Source: an uncultured Chloroflexia bacterium
GTDB taxonomy: Bacteria > Chloroflexota > Limnocylindria > Limnocylindrales > CSP1-4
Reading direction: 5' to 3'
Length of the DNA: 64,000 bases
Assembly (NCBI GenBank): GCA_963712745.1
Contig: CAVQJC010000017.1
Location: 1 to 64,000, forward strand
Part shown: positions 53,569-61,594 of the stretch, piece by piece
How positions within the stretch are numbered: the stretch's first letter is position 1
Layout of the letters: the number at the start of each line of letters is the position of its first letter
The notes under the pieces: generated by a model
Seen by the model: the letters and a program-made list of their open reading frames with translations, nothing else
What the model was told of the DNA's origin: nothing
Databases searched by the model: none
Program-made: the position numbers and the translations under genes

Positions 53569-54426
53569 CTACCGTCCGCCCAGTCCTGACTGGGCCATGC
53601 TGTTGACGATCCAGCGCTGGCCGAGAACGAAGACGATCAGCATCGGCACCACCGAGACGGCAGAAGCCGCCATCACCAATGCGTAGTTGAAGCCACCGTA
53701 CTGACCCTGGAACTGCGACAGCAGCAATGGGAGGGTGAACGTCTCCGTCGTGTTCAGGAAGATCAACGGCAGGAAGAAGCTGTTCCAGGAATCGAGTGCG
53801 ACGATGATGCCGAGGGCCCCCAGGGCCGGCCTCAGGTTGGGCAGCACGATGGAGAAGAACACGCGCCCACGGCTGGCGCCGTCGATGGTCGCAGCCTCCT
53901 CCAGCTCGATGGGGATGGCACGCACGAACTGTCGCACCAGGAAGACGGCGAAGGGGCTGCTCAGGGCCGCGGGCACGATCAACGCCAGGTGGGAATCGAT
54001 CCAGCCGATTCGGCTGAGCATCACGAAGAGCGGCACCACGATGACCTGCTTGGGCACCATCTGGGTGGCCAGGAAGCCGATGAACAGGACCCGACGCCCG
54101 GGGAATTCGAGACGCGCGAAGGCGTAGCCGGCCATCGCCGCGGTCAGCAGCGTGCCGAGGACGATGAGGGCCGTGATATAGAGGCTGTTCCAGTAGGCTT
54201 GCGGGAAGTCGACCGCGTTCCAGGCCTCGGTGAAGTTGTCGAGGACCCAGGGATCGGGCCAGATCGACAGCGGCCGCCGCAGGATCTGCTCGAGCGACTT
54301 GAACGACGTCAGGATCATGAAGACCAGCGGCCACGCCATCGCGAGGGCGAACACGGCCAGGCCGGCGTAGAGGGCGACGCGTCGCGGCTGGATGCGTCGC
54401 GGCGACGTCGTCTGCTGGGCGGTCAT
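53569..54426 (-). CDS. Carbohydrate ABC permease (MalG-like)
   Basis: IPIELEEAATIDGAS EAA loop; multiple TMs. Confidence 0.92.
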   Translation of the reverse strand: MTAQQTTSPRRIQPRRVALYAGLAVFALAMAWPLVFMILTSFKSLEQILRRPLSIWPDPWVLDNFTEAWNAVDFPQAYWNSLYITALIVLGTLLTAAMAGYAFARLEFPGRRVLFIGFLATQMVPKQVIVVPLFVMLSRIGWIDSHLALIVPAALSSPFAVFLVRQFVRAIPIELEEAATIDGASRGRVFFSIVLPNLRPALGALGIIVALDSWNSFFLPLIFLNTTETFTLPLLLSQFQGQYGGFNYALVMAASAVSVVPMLIVFVLGQRWIVNSMAQSGLGGR

Positions 54427-55385
54427 GACTCGTAGTGGACGAAGCGCTTCTGGCCGCTGAACTGGACCAGCGTGACTACGAGCGTCATGGCCAGGAGCAT
54501 CAACGCCGCGGCGCTAGACACGCCCAGCTCGAAGCGCTGGAACCCCAAGTCGAACACGTGGATCACGATCGTTCGGGCAGCGTCCTGCGGCCCGCCGTCG
54601 TCGGTCAGCACGTAGACCGAGTCGAACGTCTGCAGGGAGCTGATGGCGGCGACCACCGTGGCGAAGAAGATGGTCGGCGTGAGGAGCGGGATCTTGACTC
54701 GGAAGAGCGTGGTCCAGGCGTTCGAGCCATCGACCTTCGCGGCCTCGAGCACCTGCGGCGGAATGGTCTGGATGCCTGCCAGGAAGATGAGCACGTTGAG
54801 GCCGAGCGACGACCAGATGATCACGATGCACACCGCGATGAGGGTGTAGGTCGGGTCACCCAGCCAGTCGATCGGCTCGACGCCGGGAATCAGGGCCAGC
54901 AGCTGGCTCAGCGCCCCATCAGCTCGGAAGAGCTGCTGCCAGATCATGGCCACGGCCACGGAGCTGGTGACCACCGGCGCGACGACCAGGACCATGAATA
55001 CGGGACGGGCCTTGACCTCGTTAAGGCCCAGGGCCAGCGCGAGGGCGAGTCCGAGTCCGACGGGGATCGTGATGAGCCCGATGGCGACGGTGTTGACGAC
55101 CGAGTGGATGAAGCGGGGGTCGCTGAGCTGGTCGCGGAAGTTGTCCAGACCGACGAACTCCGCCGGGCTCAGGCCGTCCCACTCCAGGAAGGCGAGCGCC
55201 AGCCCGGCCAGCAGTGGGATGGCCACGAAGACCACGGTCCCGAACAGCTGTGGTGCGATGAGCGCCAGGCCCCAGCGCCGGTCCGTTGCCCGCCATGGCG
55301 CACCCGACCCCGACGACATCGACTCGCCATCAGGCACGCGATAGCCACGTCGCCAGCGTTGCCGGAGCAGCGGCCGCATGGTCAC
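54423..55385 (-). CDS. Carbohydrate ABC permease (MalF-like)
   Basis: FVGLDNF, IPPQVLEAAKVDGS. Confidence 0.92.
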   Translation of the reverse strand: MTMRPLLRQRWRRGYRVPDGESMSSGSGAPWRATDRRWGLALIAPQLFGTVVFVAIPLLAGLALAFLEWDGLSPAEFVGLDNFRDQLSDPRFIHSVVNTVAIGLITIPVGLGLALALALGLNEVKARPVFMVLVVAPVVTSSVAVAMIWQQLFRADGALSQLLALIPGVEPIDWLGDPTYTLIAVCIVIIWSSLGLNVLIFLAGIQTIPPQVLEAAKVDGSNAWTTLFRVKIPLLTPTIFFATVVAAISSLQTFDSVYVLTDDGGPQDAARTIVIHVFDLGFQRFELGVSSAAALMLLAMTLVVTLVQFSGQKRFVHYES

Positions 55386-55456
55386 CGTGGTTCATACCGA
55401 TGGCCGGGGATCATGTCCCCGGCCATCGGCGTTTTCCCTCGTGCGGAAGGATCGAG

Positions 55457-56755
55457 CTATTCGGCGTCGGCGATCAGGCCCTCGATGGTGGCGACGGTGT
55501 CGTCGACGCTTGCTCGCCCCTCGTACATCTCCTGCATGGCAGCGCTGATGTCACCGGACAGGCCGGGCACGCGTGCCTCACTGGGGAAGTTGGCGTAGCC
55601 CATGTCGCGGACGGAGATGAACTCCTGGGCGCTCGCGGGGTAGCCCTCGAGCACGATGTCGTCCGCGCCCTTGATGGACGGGACAGCGTTGCCACCACCA
55701 CTCAATCGGAATCGCTGACCGTCGGCCGAGAGGAACTCCTCGTAGAAGTCCCAGTCGGCATCGGCGTTGTCGGTGTTCTTGTTGATGCCCAGGTAGGCAG
55801 CCGCGACGCCCGTGGGGCGGGCGGCACCGTCTGGCGTGGGCCAGCGCACGATGTCGTAGCTGTCACCCTCACCCAGCGATTCCACCAGGCCGATGGTGTA
55901 TCGACCCTGCGAGAAGAATCCGGCGTCGTGGTTAACGAACGTGGGGTCGGCTCCGGGTTCGGGCATGGTGTCCGCCAGGGCGAACTGACCGGCCTGGAAG
56001 CGCTTGGCGAGCTCCTCCAGCGCGGCGATGGAGTTCGGGTCGTCCGGCAGCACGAAGTTGCCGTCCTCGTCGTAGACCAGGCCGTCGTTGGCAGTCACCC
56101 AGCTCCAGTGAGTCGCCCAGTAGTTCCAAAAGATCGCCCCGAGTTTGCCGGCCGCGTCCAGAGCGTCGATCATCTCGAGGAACTTGTCGGTGGTCCACTC
56201 ATCGTTGGCTGCCAGCTCCGCCGGATCTTCCGTGATGCCCGCCGCATCCAGGGCCTGCTTGTCGTACCACAGCATGTCCGGATTGCTGTCGACGGGGATG
56301 CCAAAGATCTGGCCGTCCTTGGCCGCCGCGCCGTACAGCGTGTCGATGAAGTCGTCCGCCGAGATCTGGCTGTCCTCAGCCGCGAGGAAGTCGTTGAGCG
56401 GGAGCAGCACCCCCGAGTCGACGAACTTGCCGATGTTGTCGTCACCGATGTAGAAGAGGTCTGGCGCGGTTCCGGAGATCAGCTGGGCCAGCAGCTTGGA
56501 GTGGTAGTCCGAGTACGACGGCACGGGCTGTAGGCTCACGTCGATCTCGGGATGGCGCTCCATGAAGGCCGCGTTGAACTCGTCGAATCGACCGAGCTCG
56601 TCCGGGTTGCCCCAAGTCGACCAGACGACCTCGGTCTTGTCCTGCGCCAACACAGCGCCCGGGAGCGCCGTTCCGACCAGTGCGACGGCTCCGACCAGCG
56701 CTAGCGTACCGGCCGCCAAGTGACTCTTGCGATTCCGATGCATATCTCGCCCCAT
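55457..56755 (-). CDS. Carbohydrate ABC substrate-binding protein
   Basis: Signal peptide; GTAPDLF, YGIP-like motif, LWYDK. Confidence 0.9.
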   Translation of the reverse strand: MGRDMHRNRKSHLAAGTLALVGAVALVGTALPGAVLAQDKTEVVWSTWGNPDELGRFDEFNAAFMERHPEIDVSLQPVPSYSDYHSKLLAQLISGTAPDLFYIGDDNIGKFVDSGVLLPLNDFLAAEDSQISADDFIDTLYGAAAKDGQIFGIPVDSNPDMLWYDKQALDAAGITEDPAELAANDEWTTDKFLEMIDALDAAGKLGAIFWNYWATHWSWVTANDGLVYDEDGNFVLPDDPNSIAALEELAKRFQAGQFALADTMPEPGADPTFVNHDAGFFSQGRYTIGLVESLGEGDSYDIVRWPTPDGAARPTGVAAAYLGINKNTDNADADWDFYEEFLSADGQRFRLSGGGNAVPSIKGADDIVLEGYPASAQEFISVRDMGYANFPSEARVPGLSGDISAAMQEMYEGRASVDDTVATIEGLIADAE

Positions 56756-57041
56756 CCTCCCACGTGCTTACGATTGTGAAACCTCAACGAGTGCCAAGAT
56801 TGTGAAAGGTCCACCGATGCTTGTCAATAGGAACGACCAATGGGCCCCAAGCGTTTCGACCCGGAAAGTCAGGTCAGTGAATTGCGCCGACAGGGCCGGG
56901 CTCCGGCTCGAGCTTGACCCTGCTTCAGGTCCGCTTCGGCCTCGGGGTCTGCTCGATGAGGCAAACCATCCGCCAAGTCTCGCGGGTAGTCAGGATCTGC
57001 GCGGCTCAGCCGACCTCGTCAAGTGCTCCGGCCTCGAAGTT

Positions 57042-57102
57042 CCGAACGCTTCCGACCGAGTGGTGTCGAAGTGGTGTCATCCCGCCCACAGGCCTTGATG
57101 TC
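57042..57102 (+). repeat. Scaffold motif G copy 1
   Basis: ccgaacgcttccgaccgagtggtgtcga...gccttgatgtc, same spacing as 58668-58728. Confidence 0.7.
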
Positions 57103-57204
57103 ATGCTACGAGGGCACTGAGGTGAGCGCGCGGGCCTGCTCGAAGTCTCCTGCCTCGCCTGCCTGTTCGCTCGGCTACGGGTGATCCAGACCTGGCGTCA
57201 GCGT

Positions 57205-57519
57205 TCAGGCGAAAGCGTCGGCCGCTGGCCGTCGAGGACTTCTGTCCGCGATCTCGATCGCCAGCCAGGCAAGGTCCGCCGGGATGAAGAACCAGCCGCC
57301 CTCGAAGGCGAGCAGGAAGAGGATCGGCAGCAGCCCGAGACCAACCACGATGCGCTGCGAACATGTCGCCAGCATCGCACCCCCGACGAGCCACACGAGC
57401 GTGAGCACGGCGAGCCATCCGAGCGCGAGCGGCCACATCGCGAAGTCATTCCCGACGACCATGACGACGAGACCAGTGAGCGCTGCCAGCCATGGCCCGA
57501 TCCGAACCCCCATCCGCAT
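57205..57519 (-). CDS. Small membrane protein
   Basis: Predominantly hydrophobic, 3-4 TM. Confidence 0.55.
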   Translation of the reverse strand: MRMGVRIGPWLAALTGLVVMVVGNDFAMWPLALGWLAVLTLVWLVGGAMLATCSQRIVVGLGLLPILFLLAFEGGWFFIPADLAWLAIEIADRSPRRPAADAFA

Positions 57520-57815
57520 GCGACGACCCCTTCACCCGTACGGCCCTTCTGGGCATGGTGGTCCTCCCCGGGCCAGACGGCAAGCGGGTCAGCGCGTCAT
57601 CCACAGGCTCTGCGGCTCACCCGGTGCGTGCCAGCTCGAGCCGCGCTCGGCGGCCCCTGATGGGCAATCCGTGGGTGGTGCGCCGGTGTCCGTTCCCCTC
57701 CGGGCGACCCAGTACGGTTCGACAACAGCCTCGGGCGCCCCTGTCGGGTCACGCCCTCGCTCGACATGGTGGGTGCTTTCGCGACGACGATGGTTCGACC
57801 AGCGCCTCCGGGCGA

Positions 57816-58181
57816 TCAGGCTGGCTGCTCCTCGGCGGCGTCGGCATCGCCCGAGGTCGCGTCGATGGATTCAGCGAGCTCCTCCCGGCTGAGGTGGCTC
57901 ACCTCCACGATCGTCGGATGCCCGCCGCGGTCCTTCCACCGGGTCTGGATGCGGACCTCCTCACTCTCACCCACGAGCCGCAGGACCACGACGTACGCGG
58001 CTCCCCCGTGCTTGATCGACTCCACGGTCGCCTCGGTCGCCGGCAGCGGTAACAGCGCCAGCACTTCGCCCAGCTTCTGCCTCAACTCATCGCTGATGTC
58101 CTCGCTCATGCGTGAGACGTCCCCGGCGACGAGCGCGGCACACACGGCCTCGGCGCGTTCGCGGACTTGCTGCTCATCCAT
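57816..58181 (-). CDS. Hypothetical protein (possible NTF2-like fold)
   Basis: MDEQQVRERAE start after purine-rich RBS; GC3-biased. Confidence 0.55.
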   Translation of the reverse strand: MDEQQVRERAEAVCAALVAGDVSRMSEDISDELRQKLGEVLALLPLPATEATVESIKHGGAAYVVVLRLVGESEEVRIQTRWKDRGGHPTIVEVSHLSREELAESIDATSGDADAAEEQPA

Positions 58182-58667
58182 CCTCGCCCTTCCTTCCCCT
58201 GCTCGATCCGGTCCGCCCTCACGAGGGGACCGTACGACCCAGACGCCCTCGACATCTTGGCACTCCCCCGTCCCGGCGGTGCCACGGTGGTGTTCGGGGT
58301 GGACCACCACGCCATCGCATCGAGACCGATCAGCAGGATGGTCGCCAGCCCTCAGGGGATGCGTGGCAACTGAGGCCTCAGGGCCCCCGGGGTACCACCC
58401 GCTGGACCTCGACGGCTTCTGGGCCATCGTCTCGTCGTGCACCGCTTCCACCGCAGGGCTGACCTCCGGACACGGCGAGCGACCCTCCCGCCGCTCCTGG
58501 GCCGCCGAAGGACCAGAGACGTGCGGGGTTCGCATGGCTCCGGGTCCGTTGTCCCTGGCGTCGTGGTCAGGCGTGCCGGTAGACGTCATCCCGGCGATCC
58601 CGCTCGCCAGCGACGGGGGCGTCGGTCGGCGAACGTACCCAACGTCGTCGCCGGCCCGACCGGCAGC

Positions 58668-58728
58668 CCGAACGCTTCCGAACGCATGGTGTCGATCAAG
58701 GGTCTTCGCACTCAGACGCCTTGATGTC
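58668..58728 (+). promoter_or_regulatory. Scaffold motif G copy 2, probable promoter/operator of the F operon
   Basis: ccgaac-gctt-ccgaac direct repeat and TTGATG upstream of 58786. Confidence 0.55.
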
Positions 58729-58785
58729 CTCGCCGGGGCATGCCGTCATAGATGCATGCACACCACCACCACGAAGGAGCGACCG

Positions 58786-59112
58786 ATGGCCATCACCACG
58801 ACCCGCGAGCAGCGGCGCATCGCGAACCACGAGCGTGCGCTCGCCGCCTACCTGGAGCATCACGCCGCCGCGGTGGCGCTCATCAGCCGCATCCAGCTCC
58901 CCGTCGCCAACCACGACACGGCCCCCGACCCGGAGGCCATCAGCTGGGGCACCGTCGGCTCGATGGAGAAGACCCGCCACGACCTCCAGGCATTGAGCGA
59001 CTGGCTCTTCGGCGAAGGCGAGTACGCGGAAGGGCCGCGTTGCGAGTCGGGCTGGACGGGCGATCGCTGCACGTTCCCGCTGCGTAACCACGGGCCTCAC
59101 AGCAACGAGTAG
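58786..59112 (+). CDS. Small phage-associated hypothetical protein
   Basis: AAGGAG RBS; ALAAY...DPEAISWGTVG...FGEGEYA recalls small proteins near prophage packaging genes. Confidence 0.6.
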   Translation: MAITTTREQRRIANHERALAAYLEHHAAAVALISRIQLPVANHDTAPDPEAISWGTVGSMEKTRHDLQALSDWLFGEGEYAEGPRCESGWTGDRCTFPLRNHGPHSNE

Positions 59113-59121
59113 GAGACGACC

Positions 59122-59325
59122 ATGACCACGAGGTCCACCACCACCGAGCCCCGCCGCTGTACGGGCAGCGCCCGCTTCGGCATCGAGCCCCACGAGGCAT
59201 CCATCACCGAGTTCCCCAAGCAGCCCAGCCGCAAGGACGGCCTGGGCACGATGTGTACCGAGCACTGGCGCGCCTACGTGAAGGGCCTGCGCGAGGCGCG
59301 GAAGGGCACGGAGACCTCAGGATGA
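59122..59325 (+). CDS. Small Zn-ribbon-like protein, scaffold F copy 3 (intact)
   Basis: AGGAG RBS; RRCTGSARFGIEPHEA...FPKQPSRKDGLGTMCTEHW. Confidence 0.7.
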   Translation: MTTRSTTTEPRRCTGSARFGIEPHEASITEFPKQPSRKDGLGTMCTEHWRAYVKGLREARKGTETSG

Positions 59326-60126
59326 TGCGCCGGCGAGCACGATCTGCCCATGCATGACCGGGAAGTGGCCCGGCACGGTGCATCCGAACAGCAGCCCACT
59401 CGGGTCGTCGGGCACCGTCCAGGTCAGCTCTCGCGGGCCCGACGTCCAGGTGTCGATGCCGACGTCCGTCGTGGCCTGCGGCTGGCTCAGCTCTTCCTCG
59501 TTGCCGATGAAGAACGAGTGGTCGAACCCGGCCGTGTTCTTCACGCGGATGAGCAGCGTCTCACCCGGCACGACACCGATGGCCAGGACCGGCGCACCGT
59601 CCTTGCCGACGAACCGCAGCGAGGGATCCGCGTCGAGCTCGACGACCGAGTCGTACGGCGGCAGCGAGGCTCGCGGTCCCTCCTCCTCCGCCTCCTCCAC
59701 ATCGACTCGGGCCGCCATGGCGCAGCGCTCGGCGTCCTCCTCGGTCACGCGGACGGCACGGGCGAGCTCCTCGCGGAACCGTCCAGTGGCGATGTCCTTG
59801 CTGGCGATGTCGGGGCCCGCGCTGATAGAGAGAAGCGTCGGGACCAGTCCCCACCAGGCGCCGTAGGAGCCGAGGTAGCAGTCGTCGGGGACGACGGAGC
59901 GCAGCTCCTCGGCGAGTGAGATCGCGGCGAGAGCGCCGTGGCCCTCCAAGATCTCGAGCATCGGATCCTCGACCCAGTGTCCGACCTGCGCGTACGCCCG
60001 CTCCGCGAAGTCGGCGTAGGGCGTGGTGGGCCGCTCGTCGGCGATGCGATGGTCCGCGAGCGCCGTGGCCGGCGCGAAGGTCAGCGCGAAGCCCAACGCC
60101 AGGTAGCCGATCCGGGACCGTCTCAT
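59317..60126 (-). CDS. Secreted protein with C-terminal cupredoxin domain
   Basis: Signal peptide; NTAGFDHSF and CTVPGHFPVM. Confidence 0.7.
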   Translation of the reverse strand: MRRSRIGYLALGFALTFAPATALADHRIADERPTTPYADFAERAYAQVGHWVEDPMLEILEGHGALAAISLAEELRSVVPDDCYLGSYGAWWGLVPTLLSISAGPDIASKDIATGRFREELARAVRVTEEDAERCAMAARVDVEEAEEEGPRASLPPYDSVVELDADPSLRFVGKDGAPVLAIGVVPGETLLIRVKNTAGFDHSFFIGNEEELSQPQATTDVGIDTWTSGPRELTWTVPDDPSGLLFGCTVPGHFPVMHGQIVLAGASS

Positions 60127-60169
60127 ACAGCACCTCCAGCCCCCCGGAAACCACGCACTCAGTCAGGGA

Positions 60170-60216
60170 TTGACAGGCGGTCTTCCGCCCGTATAGTACG
60201 TCCTACGATATATCGT
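60170..60216 (+). promoter_or_regulatory. sigma70 promoter and palindromic PadR operator
   Basis: TTGACA-16bp-TATAGT followed by acgatatatcgt. Confidence 0.7.
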
Positions 60217-60239
60217 GACAAGTAATAAAGGACGCACAA

Positions 60240-60566
60240 GTGCCGGAGACCAGGATCCCGGAGTTCGGGCGCTTCGCCGAGCCCGCCTTGCTCATCCTCG
60301 TGAGCCTCGGCGACGGCCCCAAGCACGGGTACGCGATCATGACCGACATCGAACAGGCTACCGGCCGACCGTTGGGCCCGGGCACGCTGTACGCGGCGCT
60401 CGGGCGCCTGGAGGAGCGCGGGCTCATCCGCCCGCTCGCCAAGGTCGACCGGCGCCGGCCCTACGAACTCACCGCGGCGGGCCAGTCCGTCCTGAAGGAG
60501 CAGCTCAGTCAGCTGCAGTCCTTCGCGGCCATGGGCCTCGCGCGGCTCGAGGGCGGATCCGCATGA
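60240..60566 (+). CDS. PadR family regulator
   Basis: GPKHGYAI, GPGTLYAALGRLE, RRPYELT. Confidence 0.9.
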   Translation: MPETRIPEFGRFAEPALLILVSLGDGPKHGYAIMTDIEQATGRPLGPGTLYAALGRLEERGLIRPLAKVDRRRPYELTAAGQSVLKEQLSQLQSFAAMGLARLEGGSA

Positions 60567-61330
60567 AGTGGCTCGTCCGACTCTATCCCGCCGCCTGGCG
60601 CGAGCGCTACGGCGACGAGATGGAGGCGCTCCTCGCGGAGCGTCCGCTCGGGCCATTCGACGTGGTCGATCTCTTCCTGGGGGCGTTCGACGCCCACCTG
60701 CACCTGCGCGGCCTCGGACACGCATCCGAGCATGAGAAAGGGTTCACCATGTCTCTGCGAAACGCAGGCATCGCCGCCATCATCGGTGGCACCTTCTGGG
60801 GGCTCACCTGGGTCCTCATCTTCCTGGACGATCTCGTCGGTGCCGGCGACGGCAACGTCCCGGTGGCCTTCCTGACGATCTCCATCGCCGCCATCGCTAC
60901 GCTCGCCGCGCTCGCGGGCCTGAGCGCCGTCCAGGCGCGCGTCCACCGACGGACGACCTGGCTGAGCTTCCTGGCTCCGGCCGCCGGTTTGGCCCTCGTC
61001 CTCGTCGGGTTCCTCGCCATGCCAGTGGCCGACATCTTCTGGACCGTCGGCATGAGCGGGCTGCTGCTCTACATGGTCGGCGTCGCCGTGTTCGGAGTCG
61101 TCACCTTCGCGACCGGCGTCTTCCGCCGCCCGCCGCCGGCGCTCATCGCGGCTGGTGGCATCGTCGGAGGCGCCGCATTCCTGGGGCTGCTGGGGACCGG
61201 CGGCGCCGATGTCCCGATGTGGGTCGCTTTGCTCGGTGTCCTCGTGATGTCGGTGGGCTGGATCCTCATGGGGGTCGATGTGGTCCGGCGTGGTCGCTCG
61301 ACGATGGCCGCGGGTCCGGCGCCGGCCTGA
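60563..61330 (+). CDS. PadR-associated membrane protein
   Basis: LYPAAWRERYGDEM N-terminus; about 6 TMs; ATGA overlap with padR. Confidence 0.75.
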   Translation: MKWLVRLYPAAWRERYGDEMEALLAERPLGPFDVVDLFLGAFDAHLHLRGLGHASEHEKGFTMSLRNAGIAAIIGGTFWGLTWVLIFLDDLVGAGDGNVPVAFLTISIAAIATLAALAGLSAVQARVHRRTTWLSFLAPAAGLALVLVGFLAMPVADIFWTVGMSGLLLYMVGVAVFGVVTFATGVFRRPPPALIAAGGIVGGAAFLGLLGTGGADVPMWVALLGVLVMSVGWILMGVDVVRRGRSTMAAGPAPA

Positions 61331-61417
61331 GCGCCGCCAAGGCACGGACGAGCGCCCGTACCGACCCATCGGTGCGGGCGCATCGCCTAGGTCTGTCGCT
61401 CGCCGTCCGCTTCGCAC

Positions 61418-61545
61418 GGCGTGACCAGAATCGCGAAACTCGGCCGCGCGTGCAGCACGCTACGGGGTCCCCCGGCGCCCATGTCAGCGCCCTGTGGGTA
61501 CCCCTGGGTCAGCGCCCGGGTCGACGCCGGGCTCAGCGCCGCCGC
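61418..61545 (-). repeat. Scaffold motif B copy 5 plus HNH stop remnant
   Basis: gcgtgaccagaatcgcgaaactcggccgcgcgtgcagcacgc...tgtgggtacccctgggtcagcgcc...gggctcagcgccgccgc. Confidence 0.85.
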
Positions 61546-61594
61546 GAGCACGGCTCGGCGGGTGATCGTACGGACAGAGGAGGAGGAGTAGCCG

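Noticed and set aside
57766-58785. Long shadow ORFs (e.g. upstream part of 57766-59112, 37629-38948, 44676-45977, 55286-56533)
   Set aside because: Antisense or alternate-frame ORFs expected at high GC; Arg/Pro-rich without motifs and overlapping better-supported genes
1705-61545. Motif B as CRISPR repeats
   Set aside because: Copies are kilobases apart, about 85 bp and degenerate; no spacers or cas genes
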